Assembly (NCBI GenBank): GCA_963736925.1
Contig: CAVTQP010000001.1
Location: 70,159-134,158, forward strand
Reading direction: 5' to 3'
DNA: 64,000 nt
From: an uncultured Actinomycetes bacterium
GTDB lineage: Bacteria; Actinomycetota; Acidimicrobiia; Acidimicrobiales; CAVTQP01
Shown: piece after piece, positions 41,807 through 52,519 of the stretch
How positions within the stretch are numbered: position 1 is the stretch's first letter
Layout of the letters: every line of letters begins with the position of its first letter
The notes under the pieces: generated by a model
The model's input: the letters and a program-made list of their open reading frames with translations, nothing else
Told to the model about the DNA's origin: nothing
Databases searched by the model: none
Translations under genes and position numbers: made by a program

Positions 41807-43486
41807 TCAGAACAAAAGTGTTGCCTTGTGGGCGAGGTCGATGACGGGTCCCGGCCATAAGCCGAACAGGACGGTGAACACCGCGCAAAGCCCGATGCCC
41901 AACGCGGCTCCCGGCGGAACCCGGATCGCCTCTGTCGGGCTCGCAGGGGAGCCCGGGTGATCGACCACGGCTGCCTCGCCACCTCGAGCGCCTCCTGGCG
42001 CGACCCCTGGCGCACCCCCCCCCGAGAGACCGGCACCGGACGCTCTCCCTACAGAGGATCCCACGACCTCTACGTGGGCTCCCGTGGCCACCGGCACCGC
42101 ATCCAGTCCCCCCCGCGGGTCGGCGGCGGCGAATGGGACATCCTCAGGCGAGCTGTACATGTAGAAGACGAGCCGCAGGTAGAAGAAGGCGGCAACCACC
42201 GCCGAGACCATGGCGATGACAGCGAGCGCATAAGAGCGGGACTGGACGACCGCCGCGATCACGTAGAACTTGGCCAAGAACCCGGTGGTGAACGGGATGC
42301 CGGCCTGGCCGAGCAAGAACAGCGTGAATGCTCCGGCCAGCCAGGGATGACGTCTGGCCAGGCCCCGGTAGACGCCGAGGTCGTGAGCGGCGTCACCCTT
42401 TCGCCCGACAAGGGTCACGACGGTGAAGCTCCCCATCACCAAGAACGTGTACGCGAACAGGTAATAGAGCGACCCCGAGATCCCGGTCATGGTGGCGGCC
42501 TGGAGCCCTACCAGCACGAAGCCTGCGTGGTTTATGGATGAGTAGGCCAGCATCCGCTTTGTGTCCCTTTGCACCACCGCAAGGGTGGCTCCGAGGACAA
42601 GGGTCAGGACCGCCAGCACCCAAACGATGGGCTGCCAGTCGAGCCTCAAGCTCGAGAAGCTGGAGAAGAAGACGCGCAGCAACCCGGCGAAGCCGCCCGC
42701 TTTGGCAACCGAAGCCATCAGGCCCGTCACTGGTGTGGGGGAGCCCTGGTAGACGTCAGGAGTCCACGTGTGAAACGGGACGGCGGCCACCTTGAAACCG
42801 AAGCCGACCAGCAACAGGGCCAGTCCTGCCAGGAGTACCCCGTTGGAGGTGATGACGTTGGTGGAGAGGTACCGGGCTATCTGGGGAAGGTTGGTCGTCC
42901 CGGTCGCCCCGTAGGTGAGCGCGATCCCGTACAGGAACAGTGCCGAGGAGAAGGCGCCGAGGATGAAGTACTTCATGGCCGCCTCCCCGGACTCGACCCG
43001 GCGGCTGTTGAGACCGGCAAGGACGTACAGGGCTATCGACATGATCTCCAGACCCAAGAAGATGACGATGAGATCGTTGCCGGCGGCCATGAACATGGCT
43101 CCGGAGACCGAGAGCATGGCGAGCACGTGGAACTCGGTTGCCTCGAAGCGCTCCCTTGTCAAGAAGGCGTCCCCCGCGAGTGAGGCCAGCACCAAGGCCG
43201 AGCCCAACAACATCAAGAAGAGGACGCTGAAGCCGTCGACGGCGATGGCTCCTTTAATCGCCGTATAGCTCCCCCTGTCCTCGACGTGCAGCCAGAGCCA
43301 GACCGAAGCGCCGACCGAAGCGAGCCCGATCCCTGCCGTGAACCATGCGCTCATCCAGTTGGCCAGGCGCCTCCTGGTGAGCGAGGAGGCGGTGAGCAGC
43401 ACCAGGGCTCCACCTATCAGGATCAGCTCGGGGAGTATCGCCGTGTAGGCCACTGGAACCGAGATGGTGCCTGCCGCCAGCACCAT
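41807..43486 (-). CDS. nuoN: NADH-quinone oxidoreductase subunit N
   Basis: ATG 43486 overlaps the nuoM stop by 1 nt. 559 aa, MVLAAGTISVPVAYTAILPELILIGGALVLL..., antiporter-like subunit. The track ORF is over-extended by 96 codons. Confidence 0.92.
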   Translation of the reverse strand: MVLAAGTISVPVAYTAILPELILIGGALVLLTASSLTRRRLANWMSAWFTAGIGLASVGASVWLWLHVEDRGSYTAIKGAIAVDGFSVLFLMLLGSALVLASLAGDAFLTRERFEATEFHVLAMLSVSGAMFMAAGNDLIVIFLGLEIMSIALYVLAGLNSRRVESGEAAMKYFILGAFSSALFLYGIALTYGATGTTNLPQIARYLSTNVITSNGVLLAGLALLLVGFGFKVAAVPFHTWTPDVYQGSPTPVTGLMASVAKAGGFAGLLRVFFSSFSSLRLDWQPIVWVLAVLTLVLGATLAVVQRDTKRMLAYSSINHAGFVLVGLQAATMTGISGSLYYLFAYTFLVMGSFTVVTLVGRKGDAAHDLGVYRGLARRHPWLAGAFTLFLLGQAGIPFTTGFLAKFYVIAAVVQSRSYALAVIAMVSAVVAAFFYLRLVFYMYSSPEDVPFAAADPRGGLDAVPVATGAHVEVVGSSVGRASGAGLSGGGAPGVAPGGARGGEAAVVDHPGSPASPTEAIRVPPGAALGIGLCAVFTVLFGLWPGPVIDLAHKATLLF

Positions 43487-45015
43487 CACCTGCCCCCTAC
43501 CGCCACGGCCGGCTCTGTGGTCCCGCTGGCCTGGTTCACTTGGGCGACGAGGCGATTGACCGATGGGTTGATCCGGTCCAGAACCGGACGGGGGTACACG
43601 CCGATGAACACGATCAAAATGACCAGCGGGGCGATTGCCAGCCCCTCTTTCCAGCTCAGCTCTTTGAATCTGGAGTTGTCGCGTCTGGGCACCCCGTGAA
43701 AGACCTGCTGGTAGGCCCATAGGAAGTACACGGCACCGAGGACGCCCAGCACCGTTGCCACCACCGCCCACCACCGGTGGGTGATGAAGGTCCCGACCAG
43801 GATCAAGAACTCGCCCACGAAACCGTTGAGCCCGGGCAGACCGATGGTTGCCAGCATCACCAGGGTGAACACGGCGGCCATGACCGGGGCCGGCTTCTGC
43901 AGGCCGCGAAGCTCGTCGGTCTGCCAGCTACGACGCCTCTCGTATATCCAACCCACGAGCAAGAAGATGGCCGCCGTGTAGAGCCCGTGGTTCACCATCT
44001 GCAGGACGCCCCCAGAAAGGCCCTGCCTGGTGAAGGCGAACACTCCGAGGACGATGAGGCCCAGGTGGGCAAGCGACGAGTAGGCCACGAGCCTCTTGAG
44101 GTCCCGTTGGACCGCTGCTACCACACCCCCGTACACGACCCCGACGACTCCCAAGGTCAACAGGAGTGGTCCGAGGGTCACCGAGGCCCTGGGAAACAGG
44201 GCGAGGTCGAAACGGACGATCCCGTAGGTCCCCATCTTGGCCATGACCCCGGCGAGGACAACCGCGCCTGCGGCTGGCGCGGCCGAGTAAGCGTCGGGAG
44301 ACCACGTATGGAACGGGAACACCGGCGCCTTCACCGCGAAGGCGGCCGTAAAGGCGAGAAACAAGAGGATCCCGGTCGAGGATGCGAAGTGCGTGGAGGA
44401 CAGTCGCACCAGATCGAAGGTGGTCACGCCGCTCTGGCTTTGGTGGATGAACACCGTGGCAAGGATCCCGACGAGCAGGAACGCCGAGCCGAGGAACGTA
44501 TAGATGAAGAACTTCACAGCCGCGTACTGACGCTGTCCGTGGCCCCACCCTCCGATGATGAAGTAGGTCGGGACCAGGGTCAGCTCGAAGAAGAGGAAGA
44601 ACACCAGCAGGTCAAGGCTGAGGAAGCTTCCCAGGCACGCAGCTTCCAAGAGGAGCATCCAGGCGACGAAGGACTTCGGGTCCGACTTGACCCTCGCCCC
44701 GGCCAGGGCCACCGGGAAGAGCACCGCGGAGAGAAGGACGAGGAACAGCGAGATACCGTCCACTCCGAGGTTCCAGGAGATGCCGAAGACCCGGATCCAG
44801 TCGTGCCTGGACACCATCTGGTAGCCGGGCTGGCCCACGTCGAAGTAGACCGCCATGGCGACGGCGAGACCGGTGACGCAGAGCGAGCCCGCCATGCCCG
44901 CCATCTGGACCAGCTCAGTCCTGGCGCGGGGGATGAGCGCCACGACGAGCGCCGCCGCGGCCGGTAGGAGGACGATCGTGGTGAGGAAGGGGAAGCTCGG
45001 GCCACCGGAGCTCAC
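43486..45015 (-). CDS. nuoM: NADH-quinone oxidoreductase subunit M
   Basis: 509 aa polytopic with ...KAPVFPFHTWSPDAYSAAPAAGAVVLAGVMAKMGTYG... Confidence 0.95.
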   Translation of the reverse strand: MSSGGPSFPFLTTIVLLPAAAALVVALIPRARTELVQMAGMAGSLCVTGLAVAMAVYFDVGQPGYQMVSRHDWIRVFGISWNLGVDGISLFLVLLSAVLFPVALAGARVKSDPKSFVAWMLLLEAACLGSFLSLDLLVFFLFFELTLVPTYFIIGGWGHGQRQYAAVKFFIYTFLGSAFLLVGILATVFIHQSQSGVTTFDLVRLSSTHFASSTGILLFLAFTAAFAVKAPVFPFHTWSPDAYSAAPAAGAVVLAGVMAKMGTYGIVRFDLALFPRASVTLGPLLLTLGVVGVVYGGVVAAVQRDLKRLVAYSSLAHLGLIVLGVFAFTRQGLSGGVLQMVNHGLYTAAIFLLVGWIYERRRSWQTDELRGLQKPAPVMAAVFTLVMLATIGLPGLNGFVGEFLILVGTFITHRWWAVVATVLGVLGAVYFLWAYQQVFHGVPRRDNSRFKELSWKEGLAIAPLVILIVFIGVYPRPVLDRINPSVNRLVAQVNQASGTTEPAVAVGGR

Positions 45016-45070
45016 CGCCGAGGCCCCTCCAGGTGTGAAACCAGATGGAGCGTCGTCTGAGGATGCAGGC

Positions 45071-46951
45071 TCATGAGCCGGCCCGGGTCAGTAAGTAGGC
45101 GAGTATGGCCACGGCTCCGAGGCTGAGCCCGAGGGCGTAGTTGCGTAGGTAGCCGGTCTGAAGCTTGCGCAGCTGGGATCCTCCGCTCCTCACCAAGGTG
45201 GCCACCCCGTTGACCGCTCCGTCTATGACCCCGCCCTCTATGTCGGCGGCCGAGAAGGTTGCCAGCTTCTCGCTCGGCCTGGATATGAACGCGTCGATGC
45301 CGGCGTCGATCCACCAGCCCCGCCTGAGAAAGAGCGGCTCGAGGCCGGGCCGCTCCCACACCCGTCCCCACAGACGGCCTGCCATGAAGACACCGGCGAA
45401 GGCCAGTACCGCGTCTGTGACCTCCAGTGCCCACTGGCCTCCGGTGGTGACGTTGGGGTGCAAGAGGTTCGCCCCCACCACCGGGTCCAACCAGCGCTCG
45501 AGGAAGTCCCAGTCGGGGTGGAACGGCAGGTTCAACATCCCACCCAGCGCCGAGGCCACGCCGAGGACGAGCAGCGGAGCCGTCATCACCCAGCGCGACT
45601 CCCGAGGCGCCGGAATGCCGGCGGAGATCCAGCGATCCCTTCCATAAAAGGCGAGGAAGAACTCACGGCCCATGTAGTAAGCGGTGAGGACCGCCGTCAG
45701 CGCTGCGAGAGCCCACAGGGCGGGACTCTTCGAGAACGCGTTGACCAAGACATCACCCTTGGACCAGAAACCCGAGAACGGTGGCACTCCGGCGATCGCA
45801 AGCCAGCCAACGAGGAAGGCGGCGTAAGTCACCGGCATCAAGGGACGCAGGGCGCCCATCCGTTTGAGGTCCTGCTCGTCGTGCAAGCCGTGTATCACCG
45901 AACCCGCGGAGAGGAAGAGCAACCCCTTGTAGAACGCGTGGCAGACCATCAAGAAGACTGCTGCCACGTAGGCCCTGCAGCCGATCGCGAGGAACATGTA
46001 TCCGAGCTGGGACACGGTCGAGTAGGCGAGGACCTTCTTGATGTCGTCTTGGGCACAGGCGATGGTGGCGGCCACGAAGGCCGTGATGACTCCTATGACC
46101 GCTATGACGTTCAGGGCGTCCTGGCTGTGGGCGAGGATCGGGTTGACCCGGGCCATCAGGTACACGCCCGCCGTCACCATGGTGGCTGCGTGTATGAGGG
46201 CCGAGACCGGCGTGGGACCCTCCATGGCGTCGGGGAGCCAGGTGAAGAGGGGGATCTGGGCGGACTTGCCGGTGGCTCCCATGAACAACAGAAGGCAGAT
46301 GGCGGTGGCCGTGCTTCCTGCCAGGCCGCCGAGGTGGGCGAACACCCCGCTATAGGTGAACGTGCCGGTCGTGGCGAAGATGAGGAATAGGGCCAGCAGG
46401 AACCCCACGTCCCCCACCCGGTTGAAGACGAAGGCCTTCTTGCCAGCGCTAGCGGCGCTGTCACGGTCGAACCAGAAGGCGACCAGCAGGTACGAGCACA
46501 AGCCCACCCCCTCCCAGCCGAGGAAGCTGAGGAGGAAGTTGTCGGCCAGCACTAGCATCAGCATGGAGAAGACGAACAGGTTCAAGTAGACGAAGAACTT
46601 CGGGTACTGCTCGTCGTGCTCCATGTAGCCGATCGAGTAGAGATGGATGACCGCGCTTACCCCGGTGACGAAGAGGGCCATGGTCATCGAGAGAGGGTCG
46701 ACGAGGAACGACACGTTCACATGCAGCCCCCCGACCGGCACCCAGGTGAAGATCTCCTGGGTGAAGGACCTGGAGCCGGTCGGCTTGGCCAGCAGTCCGG
46801 CGTAGACGACGATCGAGGCCACGAACGAGGCGACGACGGCCATGGTGCCCAGCCACCCGGCCAGCGGGTTGCCGAGCCTGTGCCCGGCCGCGGCGAGCAC
46901 GACGAACCCGGCCAGGGGCAGCAGAGGTATCAGGTACGCGGCATGGAGCAT
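45071..46951 (-). CDS. nuoL: NADH-quinone oxidoreductase subunit L
   Basis: 626 aa with ...GKSAQIPLFTWLPDAMEGPTPVSALIHAATMVTAGVYL... Confidence 0.96.
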   Translation of the reverse strand: MLHAAYLIPLLPLAGFVVLAAAGHRLGNPLAGWLGTMAVVASFVASIVVYAGLLAKPTGSRSFTQEIFTWVPVGGLHVNVSFLVDPLSMTMALFVTGVSAVIHLYSIGYMEHDEQYPKFFVYLNLFVFSMLMLVLADNFLLSFLGWEGVGLCSYLLVAFWFDRDSAASAGKKAFVFNRVGDVGFLLALFLIFATTGTFTYSGVFAHLGGLAGSTATAICLLLFMGATGKSAQIPLFTWLPDAMEGPTPVSALIHAATMVTAGVYLMARVNPILAHSQDALNVIAVIGVITAFVAATIACAQDDIKKVLAYSTVSQLGYMFLAIGCRAYVAAVFLMVCHAFYKGLLFLSAGSVIHGLHDEQDLKRMGALRPLMPVTYAAFLVGWLAIAGVPPFSGFWSKGDVLVNAFSKSPALWALAALTAVLTAYYMGREFFLAFYGRDRWISAGIPAPRESRWVMTAPLLVLGVASALGGMLNLPFHPDWDFLERWLDPVVGANLLHPNVTTGGQWALEVTDAVLAFAGVFMAGRLWGRVWERPGLEPLFLRRGWWIDAGIDAFISRPSEKLATFSAADIEGGVIDGAVNGVATLVRSGGSQLRKLQTGYLRNYALGLSLGAVAILAYLLTRAGS

Positions 46952-46959
46952 GGGTTGGG

Positions 46960-47265
46960 TCAGCCCTTGAGCACGTGCAGATCGTCAGCGGTCGTGTCGG
47001 CACGGCGGCGAAATATGGCCACGATGATCCCGAGTCCCACGACCACCTCGGCCGCCGCCACTACGAGGACGAAGAACACCAGTGACTGTCCCCCTATGTC
47101 GTTGAGCATGCGGGCGAAGGTGACGAAGGTCAGGCTGGCGGCGTTCAGCATGAGCTCGACGCACATGAACATGACGAGGACGTTGCGCCGTATCAAGAGG
47201 CCTATTGCTCCGACGCTGAACAGCGCGGCCGCCAGCACCAGGTACCAGTAGCCCGGGACGCTCAC
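46960..47265 (-). CDS. nuoK: NADH-quinone oxidoreductase subunit K
   Basis: 101 aa with ...[21 protein letters not shown]...[19 protein letters not shown]... The GTG start overlaps the nuoJ stop (GTGA). Confidence 0.95.
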   Translation of the reverse strand: MSVPGYWYLVLAAALFSVGAIGLLIRRNVLVMFMCVELMLNAASLTFVTFARMLNDIGGQSLVFFVLVVAAAEVVVGLGIIVAIFRRRADTTADDLHVLKG

Positions 47266-47957
47266 TCCTCCACCCTCTCCCCGGCGTGCGCGACGGCGGA
47301 TGCACTTTGACCGGCTTCGTCTGCTTCGCCTCGGTCTCCTCCGACTTCCTCGCCGGAGCGCCCCGCCGGGGGCACGCCGGGAGGGGCTTGGCCACCCTCA
47401 CCCGCGCTGGCCGCGCGGCGGGACATCATCACCGCCCCCACGACGGCGATCACCAGCAGGGCGCCGGTGACCTCGAAGGGCAGCAGGTAGGTGGTGAACA
47501 GCGAATGCGCCAGGGTGGCCACGTTCGATCCCTTCGACCCTGTCCCCCGGGCCGGGCCCCCGACCGAGCGCGCACCGGTCGCCCACTGGACCCTCGCCAG
47601 CAGCAGGACCTCGGCCAGGGTCAGCAGGCCGAGGAGGATCGCCAGGGGACGCTGGCCCCGCAGAGGATCCGAGGTGATTCTCTCCCGCCGGTCGACACCC
47701 AGCAACATGATGACGAACAGGAACAGCACGACGATGGCCCCGGCGTAGACGATCACCTGGACCGCCGCCAGGAATTGGGCGTCCTGGGCGACGAAGAGCA
47801 CGGCCACGCCGAAGAGGGTCATGACCAACATGAGCGCCGAGTGCACGGGGTTCCGGGAGATCACCACCCCGATGGCCCCAAGCATCACCGCTATGCCCGC
47901 CACGACGAACACCAGAGCGTCGACGGTCGACACCATGGCGAAGAGAGGACGGATCAT
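47262..47957 (-). CDS. nuoJ: NADH-quinone oxidoreductase subunit J
   Basis: ATG 47957 overlaps the nuoI stop (ATGA). 231 aa, [45 protein letters not shown]...; acidic/Gly-rich C-terminal tail. Confidence 0.9.
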   Translation of the reverse strand: MIRPLFAMVSTVDALVFVVAGIAVMLGAIGVVISRNPVHSALMLVMTLFGVAVLFVAQDAQFLAAVQVIVYAGAIVVLFLFVIMLLGVDRRERITSDPLRGQRPLAILLGLLTLAEVLLLARVQWATGARSVGGPARGTGSKGSNVATLAHSLFTTYLLPFEVTGALLVIAVVGAVMMSRRAASAGEGGQAPPGVPPAGRSGEEVGGDRGEADEAGQSASAVAHAGERVEE

Positions 47958-48637
47958 CGGCGGAGTCCACCGTGCCTCGGGGGAATGTGGTTGGCGTCGA
48001 TCTCGCGAATCGAGACGTTCCCGGTCGCCTCGTCGTCGCGTTTCCCGGACTGGCCGCCCTCCGGCTGCCGGACGCCGTAGCCCAGCTCTCCGGACCACTG
48101 CACCGTGCCCTCGTAGCCTGCGACGCCAGAGGGCGAGGTTGCTCTCATCCACCCGGATGTGTGGGCATCGTCTCCCTCCCGCCAGTCCTCCCAGGCCAGC
48201 CGGCGGGGGCGCCCCTCGTCGTCCACCAGCAGCTCGTCTCTCGTGTAGATGGCGTCGGACCTGGTGGTGAAGGAGAACTCGAAAACCTTGGTCTCGGTGA
48301 TGGCCTCGGTGGGACAGGCCTCCACGCACAGGTCGCAGTGGATGCACCTTAGGTAGTTGATCTCGTAGACGAACCCGTAACGCTCGCCCGGCGACACCGG
48401 GCTGTCCGCGGGGTTGTCGGCGCCACGGACGTAGATGCAGTCAGCGGGGCACACACCGGCGCAGAGCTCGCATCCGATGCACTTCTCCATTCCGTCCTCG
48501 TAACGGTTGAGGACGTGCCGGCCATGGAAGCGGGGTGGCTTCGGCCGCTTCTCCTTCGGGTACTGCGAGGTGACCCGCGGCCGGACGAGCTGCTCGAAGG
48601 TGACCCGAAACCCCTTGAAGAAGTCCAGAGCGCCCAT
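47954..48637 (-). CDS. nuoI: NADH-quinone oxidoreductase subunit I (2x[4Fe-4S])
   Basis: ATG 48637 overlaps the nuoH stop. 227 aa with [12 protein letters not shown] and [12 protein letters not shown] ferredoxin motifs, plus a ~50-aa C-terminal extension. Confidence 0.93.
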   Translation of the reverse strand: MGALDFFKGFRVTFEQLVRPRVTSQYPKEKRPKPPRFHGRHVLNRYEDGMEKCIGCELCAGVCPADCIYVRGADNPADSPVSPGERYGFVYEINYLRCIHCDLCVEACPTEAITETKVFEFSFTTRSDAIYTRDELLVDDEGRPRRLAWEDWREGDDAHTSGWMRATSPSGVAGYEGTVQWSGELGYGVRQPEGGQSGKRDDEATGNVSIREIDANHIPPRHGGLRR

Positions 48638-49818
48638 CAGGGGTCGGTCCCCCCAGGGACCTTGGCTGCCGGGAGGCTCGGGCCGAACTCGTCGCCCTCC
48701 CGCTTGCCGACGCGGACCGCCTGCCACAACAGGCTCGCCAGGACCATCCCGCCAGCGAACACCGCCAGTCCCCACTGCCATTCGATGCGCATCGCGGCCA
48801 CGACGAGGAGCCAGAAGAGGGAACCGGGAATCAGCCATCTCCAACCGAGGTTCATCAGCTGGTCGTAGCGCAGCCTGGGGAGGCTCGCCCTGATCCAGAC
48901 GTAGATGAAAAGGAACACGAACGTCTTGCCGAGGAACCAGAGGATGGGCCACAACCACCTGACGAAATGGAACGAGGGGCCGTCGGGTCCACCGAAGAAG
49001 AGGGTCACGACTATGGCCGACATGGTGATGACGTTCATGAACTCGGCCAGGTAGAAGAGGGCGAAAGGTATCGAGGAGTACTCGGTCATGTAGCCGCCAA
49101 CCAACTCCTGCTCCGCCTCGGTGAGGTCGAAGGGTGGCCGGTTCATCTCGGCTGTCACCGCCATGAGGAATATGGCGAAGGGTACGAAGCCGAGCCTGAT
49201 GAGGTTCCAGTCCCAGAAGTGCGGGGCCTGGTTGGTGACGATGTCGTGAGTCGAGAGGGAGGCGCTGATCAAGACGACCGTCGCCACCGACAGGCCCATG
49301 GCGGCCTCGTAGGAGACCATCTGTGCAGACGCTCGCACGGATCCCAGGAGGGGGTACTTGGAACCCGAGGACCACCCGGCGAGCATCACCCCGTATACCG
49401 CCACCGCCGACATCGCCAGCAGGAAGAGGATCCCGACCGGCGGGTCGGCCACCTGCAGGTAGGTGGTGTTGTGGGCGATCGTTATCGTGCCTCCTACCGG
49501 GACGATCACGAAGATCAAGAAAGCGGGGACGACCGATAGGTAGGGAGCCAGGCGGTAGACACCCTTGTCCGCCAGCTCGGGAAGGAGGTGCTCCTTGAAG
49601 AACAGCTTGATACCGTCCGCCATGCTCTGGAGGACCCCGAACGGGCCGGCGCGGTTGGGCCCCACGCGGTTTTGCATGTCGGAGATCAGCTTGCGCTCGA
49701 ACCAGATCATCATCAGCACCGACACCAAGAGCACGGCGAAGGCCACCGCAACCTTGAGCAGGACGATCAAGAACGCGGCAAGGGTCACGCCGTGGGAGAA
49801 CAGCGGATCACCTTGCAT
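48637..49818 (-). CDS. nuoH: NADH-quinone oxidoreductase subunit H
   Basis: 393 aa with ...[33 protein letters not shown]... Confidence 0.96.
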   Translation of the reverse strand: MQGDPLFSHGVTLAAFLIVLLKVAVAFAVLLVSVLMMIWFERKLISDMQNRVGPNRAGPFGVLQSMADGIKLFFKEHLLPELADKGVYRLAPYLSVVPAFLIFVIVPVGGTITIAHNTTYLQVADPPVGILFLLAMSAVAVYGVMLAGWSSGSKYPLLGSVRASAQMVSYEAAMGLSVATVVLISASLSTHDIVTNQAPHFWDWNLIRLGFVPFAIFLMAVTAEMNRPPFDLTEAEQELVGGYMTEYSSIPFALFYLAEFMNVITMSAIVVTLFFGGPDGPSFHFVRWLWPILWFLGKTFVFLFIYVWIRASLPRLRYDQLMNLGWRWLIPGSLFWLLVVAAMRIEWQWGLAVFAGGMVLASLLWQAVRVGKREGDEFGPSLPAAKVPGGTDP

Positions 49819-52519
49819 CGGCTGCCTCCAGGCTGACCTCGGTGAAGTCCGCCGCAGCGTCTATCAGCTCGGCTGCCGCGCCTCCCGCTGCATTGAACGG
49901 GACCGCCACGACCCCTTGGGGCACACGGTCGTCGGCGACCGTCTCCAGCACGAGCTCCCCGGCAAGCGAGCGCACCCGCACCCGGTTCCCGGGACTCGCC
50001 CCCAGGCGGACCAGCTCGAGCGGATTGACCCGAATGAGGGCGCCTTCGGCGAGAGGAGCCAGCGAAGGAGAGGCGCCGAGCATCGTTCCTGCGTCGTAGA
50101 GGCGCCGGGCGCTGACCAACCGCATGGCGCCGCCCGCACCGGCATCCGAGGGGACCACCGGATGTGCGGTCGGTCCGGCCTGGGCTGGCACGGTCATGGA
50201 GCCGGCGAAGTCGAGGAGCGGGGGACGCCTGGCGGATGTGGCCGTCCCGTGGGTTCTTCTGGAGTCCGGCGTGCTGGCGCCGGCGAGGCTGGCGAGCCCC
50301 TGCCTGTTCACCGCATCGATTCCGGGCGTCGCCATGGGGTCGATCCGAGCCACGCCGCCGTCCGGACCCTCCTCGGTGCGCACCGCGACCGGAGTCGCCT
50401 TGATGGGCACGACCACCCCGTCTCTCGCCCAACTGGCGTCCAGGACGTCGGCTGAAAGCCCCCGGTGGCTGGGTGCCACCCGCTCTATCTCCTTCCAGAT
50501 GTCCTCGAGGCTCTCGAGACCCAGGTCGCAGCCGAGGCCGGCCGCCAGCTCGGCCGCGATCATCCAGTCAGGCCGAGCCACCCCCGGCGCCACGAGCATC
50601 TTGCCCAACCGGGTCACCCTGCCCTCGACGTTGGTCGTCGTCCCCGATCTCTCGGAATACATCGCCGCGGGAAGCACGACGTCAGCCTGCGACACCGAGG
50701 CGTTCATGAAGCTGTCCACAGCCACCAGGAGGTTCACCCGCTCGATCGCCGCCCTGGCCAGATGGCGGTCTGGGAAATCCGAGAGCGGGTCGCAACCGAC
50801 GAGAACCAGGACCGAAATCCTCCCCTCTGCCGCCGCCGCCAGCATCCCAGCCGAGTCCAGGCCCCTGGCGCTGGGAAGGTCTCCCCAAGCTTGGGCGAAC
50901 CAAGCCCGGCCCGCTTCGAGGCTCACCCGGCCCGGCAGCACACCGGGCGCCATCCCCATGTCCATCGCCCCGTGGACGTTTGCCCTTCGCAGTGCCGGAA
51001 GGAACCGCACGTCGGGAAGAGCCGATCTGAGCACCGCCGCGGCCTCGACGATGGCCGCTCCCGACTCGGCGAGCGAGGGTCGCCCAAGTACCACCACCAC
51101 GTCCCCTCCCCGGCCGCGGCCTATCGCCTGGCGGGCGGAGGCGATCGACCCGGCCTGGACCCCACCGGCCTCCCGGTCGGGGTCCGCCGAACCAGTTAGT
51201 GCCCTGACCAGGTCTGCGACCTCGCCCGGGCGGTATCGCAGACGCGTGGCGAAGGGGGCGAGACAAGTCGCGGTGGGTGCGACCTCGATCAGCTCCGGCC
51301 CCCTTTCGAGCGCCGCTTGTCTGAGGCGGAGGAAGAGCACCGGGAGCTCCTCCCGGATGTCGGGAGCGAGGACCACGACGGCGCGGGCATTGCAGGCTTG
51401 GTCGATGGTGGCACGCGGCAGTCCCAAGACAACCTCAGCCGGGATCCCATCGCCGAGCTGGGCGTCCACCGAGTCGGTTCCGATCACCGACTTGGCCAGC
51501 TTCGCCCAGGCGTAGGCGTCCTCGTTGGCGAGCCTCGCCCCGCCGATCACCCCGACTGTGCCCGAGCCCCTTGCGGACGTGGCCTCCTGGACACCGTTGG
51601 CCGCTGCTTCGAGGGCCTTGGCCCACGACACGGGCGCAAGATCGCTTCCCTTCCGAACCATGGGCTCCGTCAGGCGTTCATCGCTGTTCACCGCTTCGAA
51701 GTCGAAGCGACCCTTGTCGCACATCCAGCTCTGGTTGACCGGGTCCGAATCGACGCCCAGGTAGCGGGTCAGCCGGTTGGAGGACGACTGGACTACGACC
51801 CGGCACCCGAAAGAGCACGTCGTGCATGTGCTCTCCACCTGCTCCAGGTCCCACGGCCGGGCGCGGAAGCGGTAAGGAGTGGCGGTCAGCGCGCCCACAG
51901 GGCATATCTGGACCGTGTTCCCGCTGAAATACGAGGCGAAAGGCTCGTCGGGGAAGGTGTTCACCTCGAGGTGGTCCCCCCGGTCCAGGAAATCGATCAA
52001 GGGCTCGCCGGCAATCTCCAGGGCGAAGCGCGTGCAGCGCCCGCATTGGATGCAGCGCTCGCGGTCCAGATCCACCAGGTCGCTGATGGGGATGGGCTTC
52101 TCGAAGTGCCGCTTCTCCTCTATGAAACGGCTCTCACCAGGGCCGTACGCGAGCGTCTGGTCCTGAAGCGGGCACTCACCGCCCTTGTCGCACACCGGGC
52201 AGTCGAGGGGATGGTTGACGAGGAGGAACTCGAGCACCCCGTCCTGAGCCTTCTTCACCTGGGGGGAGTCGGTCACCACCTCCTGGCCGTCTTCCACCGC
52301 GACGAAGCACGCCGGCTGGAGGCTGGAGCCCCGCCGGCCCTTGAACTCGACCAGGCACATCCGACACATGCCCACCGGCTTCATGCGCGGGTGGTAGCAA
52401 AAGCGCGGGATGAACGTGCCGGCTCGTTCGGCGGCCGCGATGATCATCTCGCCGGGAACGGCCTCCACCTGGCGCCCGTCGATGCTGACGCGCACCGTGG
52501 CGGACGCCGTGTCAGTCAT
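49808..52519 (-). CDS. nuoG: NADH-quinone oxidoreductase subunit G
   Basis: 903 aa from ATG 52519 (GTG 52531 is also possible). ...IPRFCYHPRMKPVGMCRMCLVE...HPLDCPVCDKGGECPLQD..., Fe-S cluster motifs. Confidence 0.95.
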   Translation of the reverse strand: MTDTASATVRVSIDGRQVEAVPGEMIIAAAERAGTFIPRFCYHPRMKPVGMCRMCLVEFKGRRGSSLQPACFVAVEDGQEVVTDSPQVKKAQDGVLEFLLVNHPLDCPVCDKGGECPLQDQTLAYGPGESRFIEEKRHFEKPIPISDLVDLDRERCIQCGRCTRFALEIAGEPLIDFLDRGDHLEVNTFPDEPFASYFSGNTVQICPVGALTATPYRFRARPWDLEQVESTCTTCSFGCRVVVQSSSNRLTRYLGVDSDPVNQSWMCDKGRFDFEAVNSDERLTEPMVRKGSDLAPVSWAKALEAAANGVQEATSARGSGTVGVIGGARLANEDAYAWAKLAKSVIGTDSVDAQLGDGIPAEVVLGLPRATIDQACNARAVVVLAPDIREELPVLFLRLRQAALERGPELIEVAPTATCLAPFATRLRYRPGEVADLVRALTGSADPDREAGGVQAGSIASARQAIGRGRGGDVVVVLGRPSLAESGAAIVEAAAVLRSALPDVRFLPALRRANVHGAMDMGMAPGVLPGRVSLEAGRAWFAQAWGDLPSARGLDSAGMLAAAAEGRISVLVLVGCDPLSDFPDRHLARAAIERVNLLVAVDSFMNASVSQADVVLPAAMYSERSGTTTNVEGRVTRLGKMLVAPGVARPDWMIAAELAAGLGCDLGLESLEDIWKEIERVAPSHRGLSADVLDASWARDGVVVPIKATPVAVRTEEGPDGGVARIDPMATPGIDAVNRQGLASLAGASTPDSRRTHGTATSARRPPLLDFAGSMTVPAQAGPTAHPVVPSDAGAGGAMRLVSARRLYDAGTMLGASPSLAPLAEGALIRVNPLELVRLGASPGNRVRVRSLAGELVLETVADDRVPQGVVAVPFNAAGGAAAELIDAAADFTEVSLEAADAR

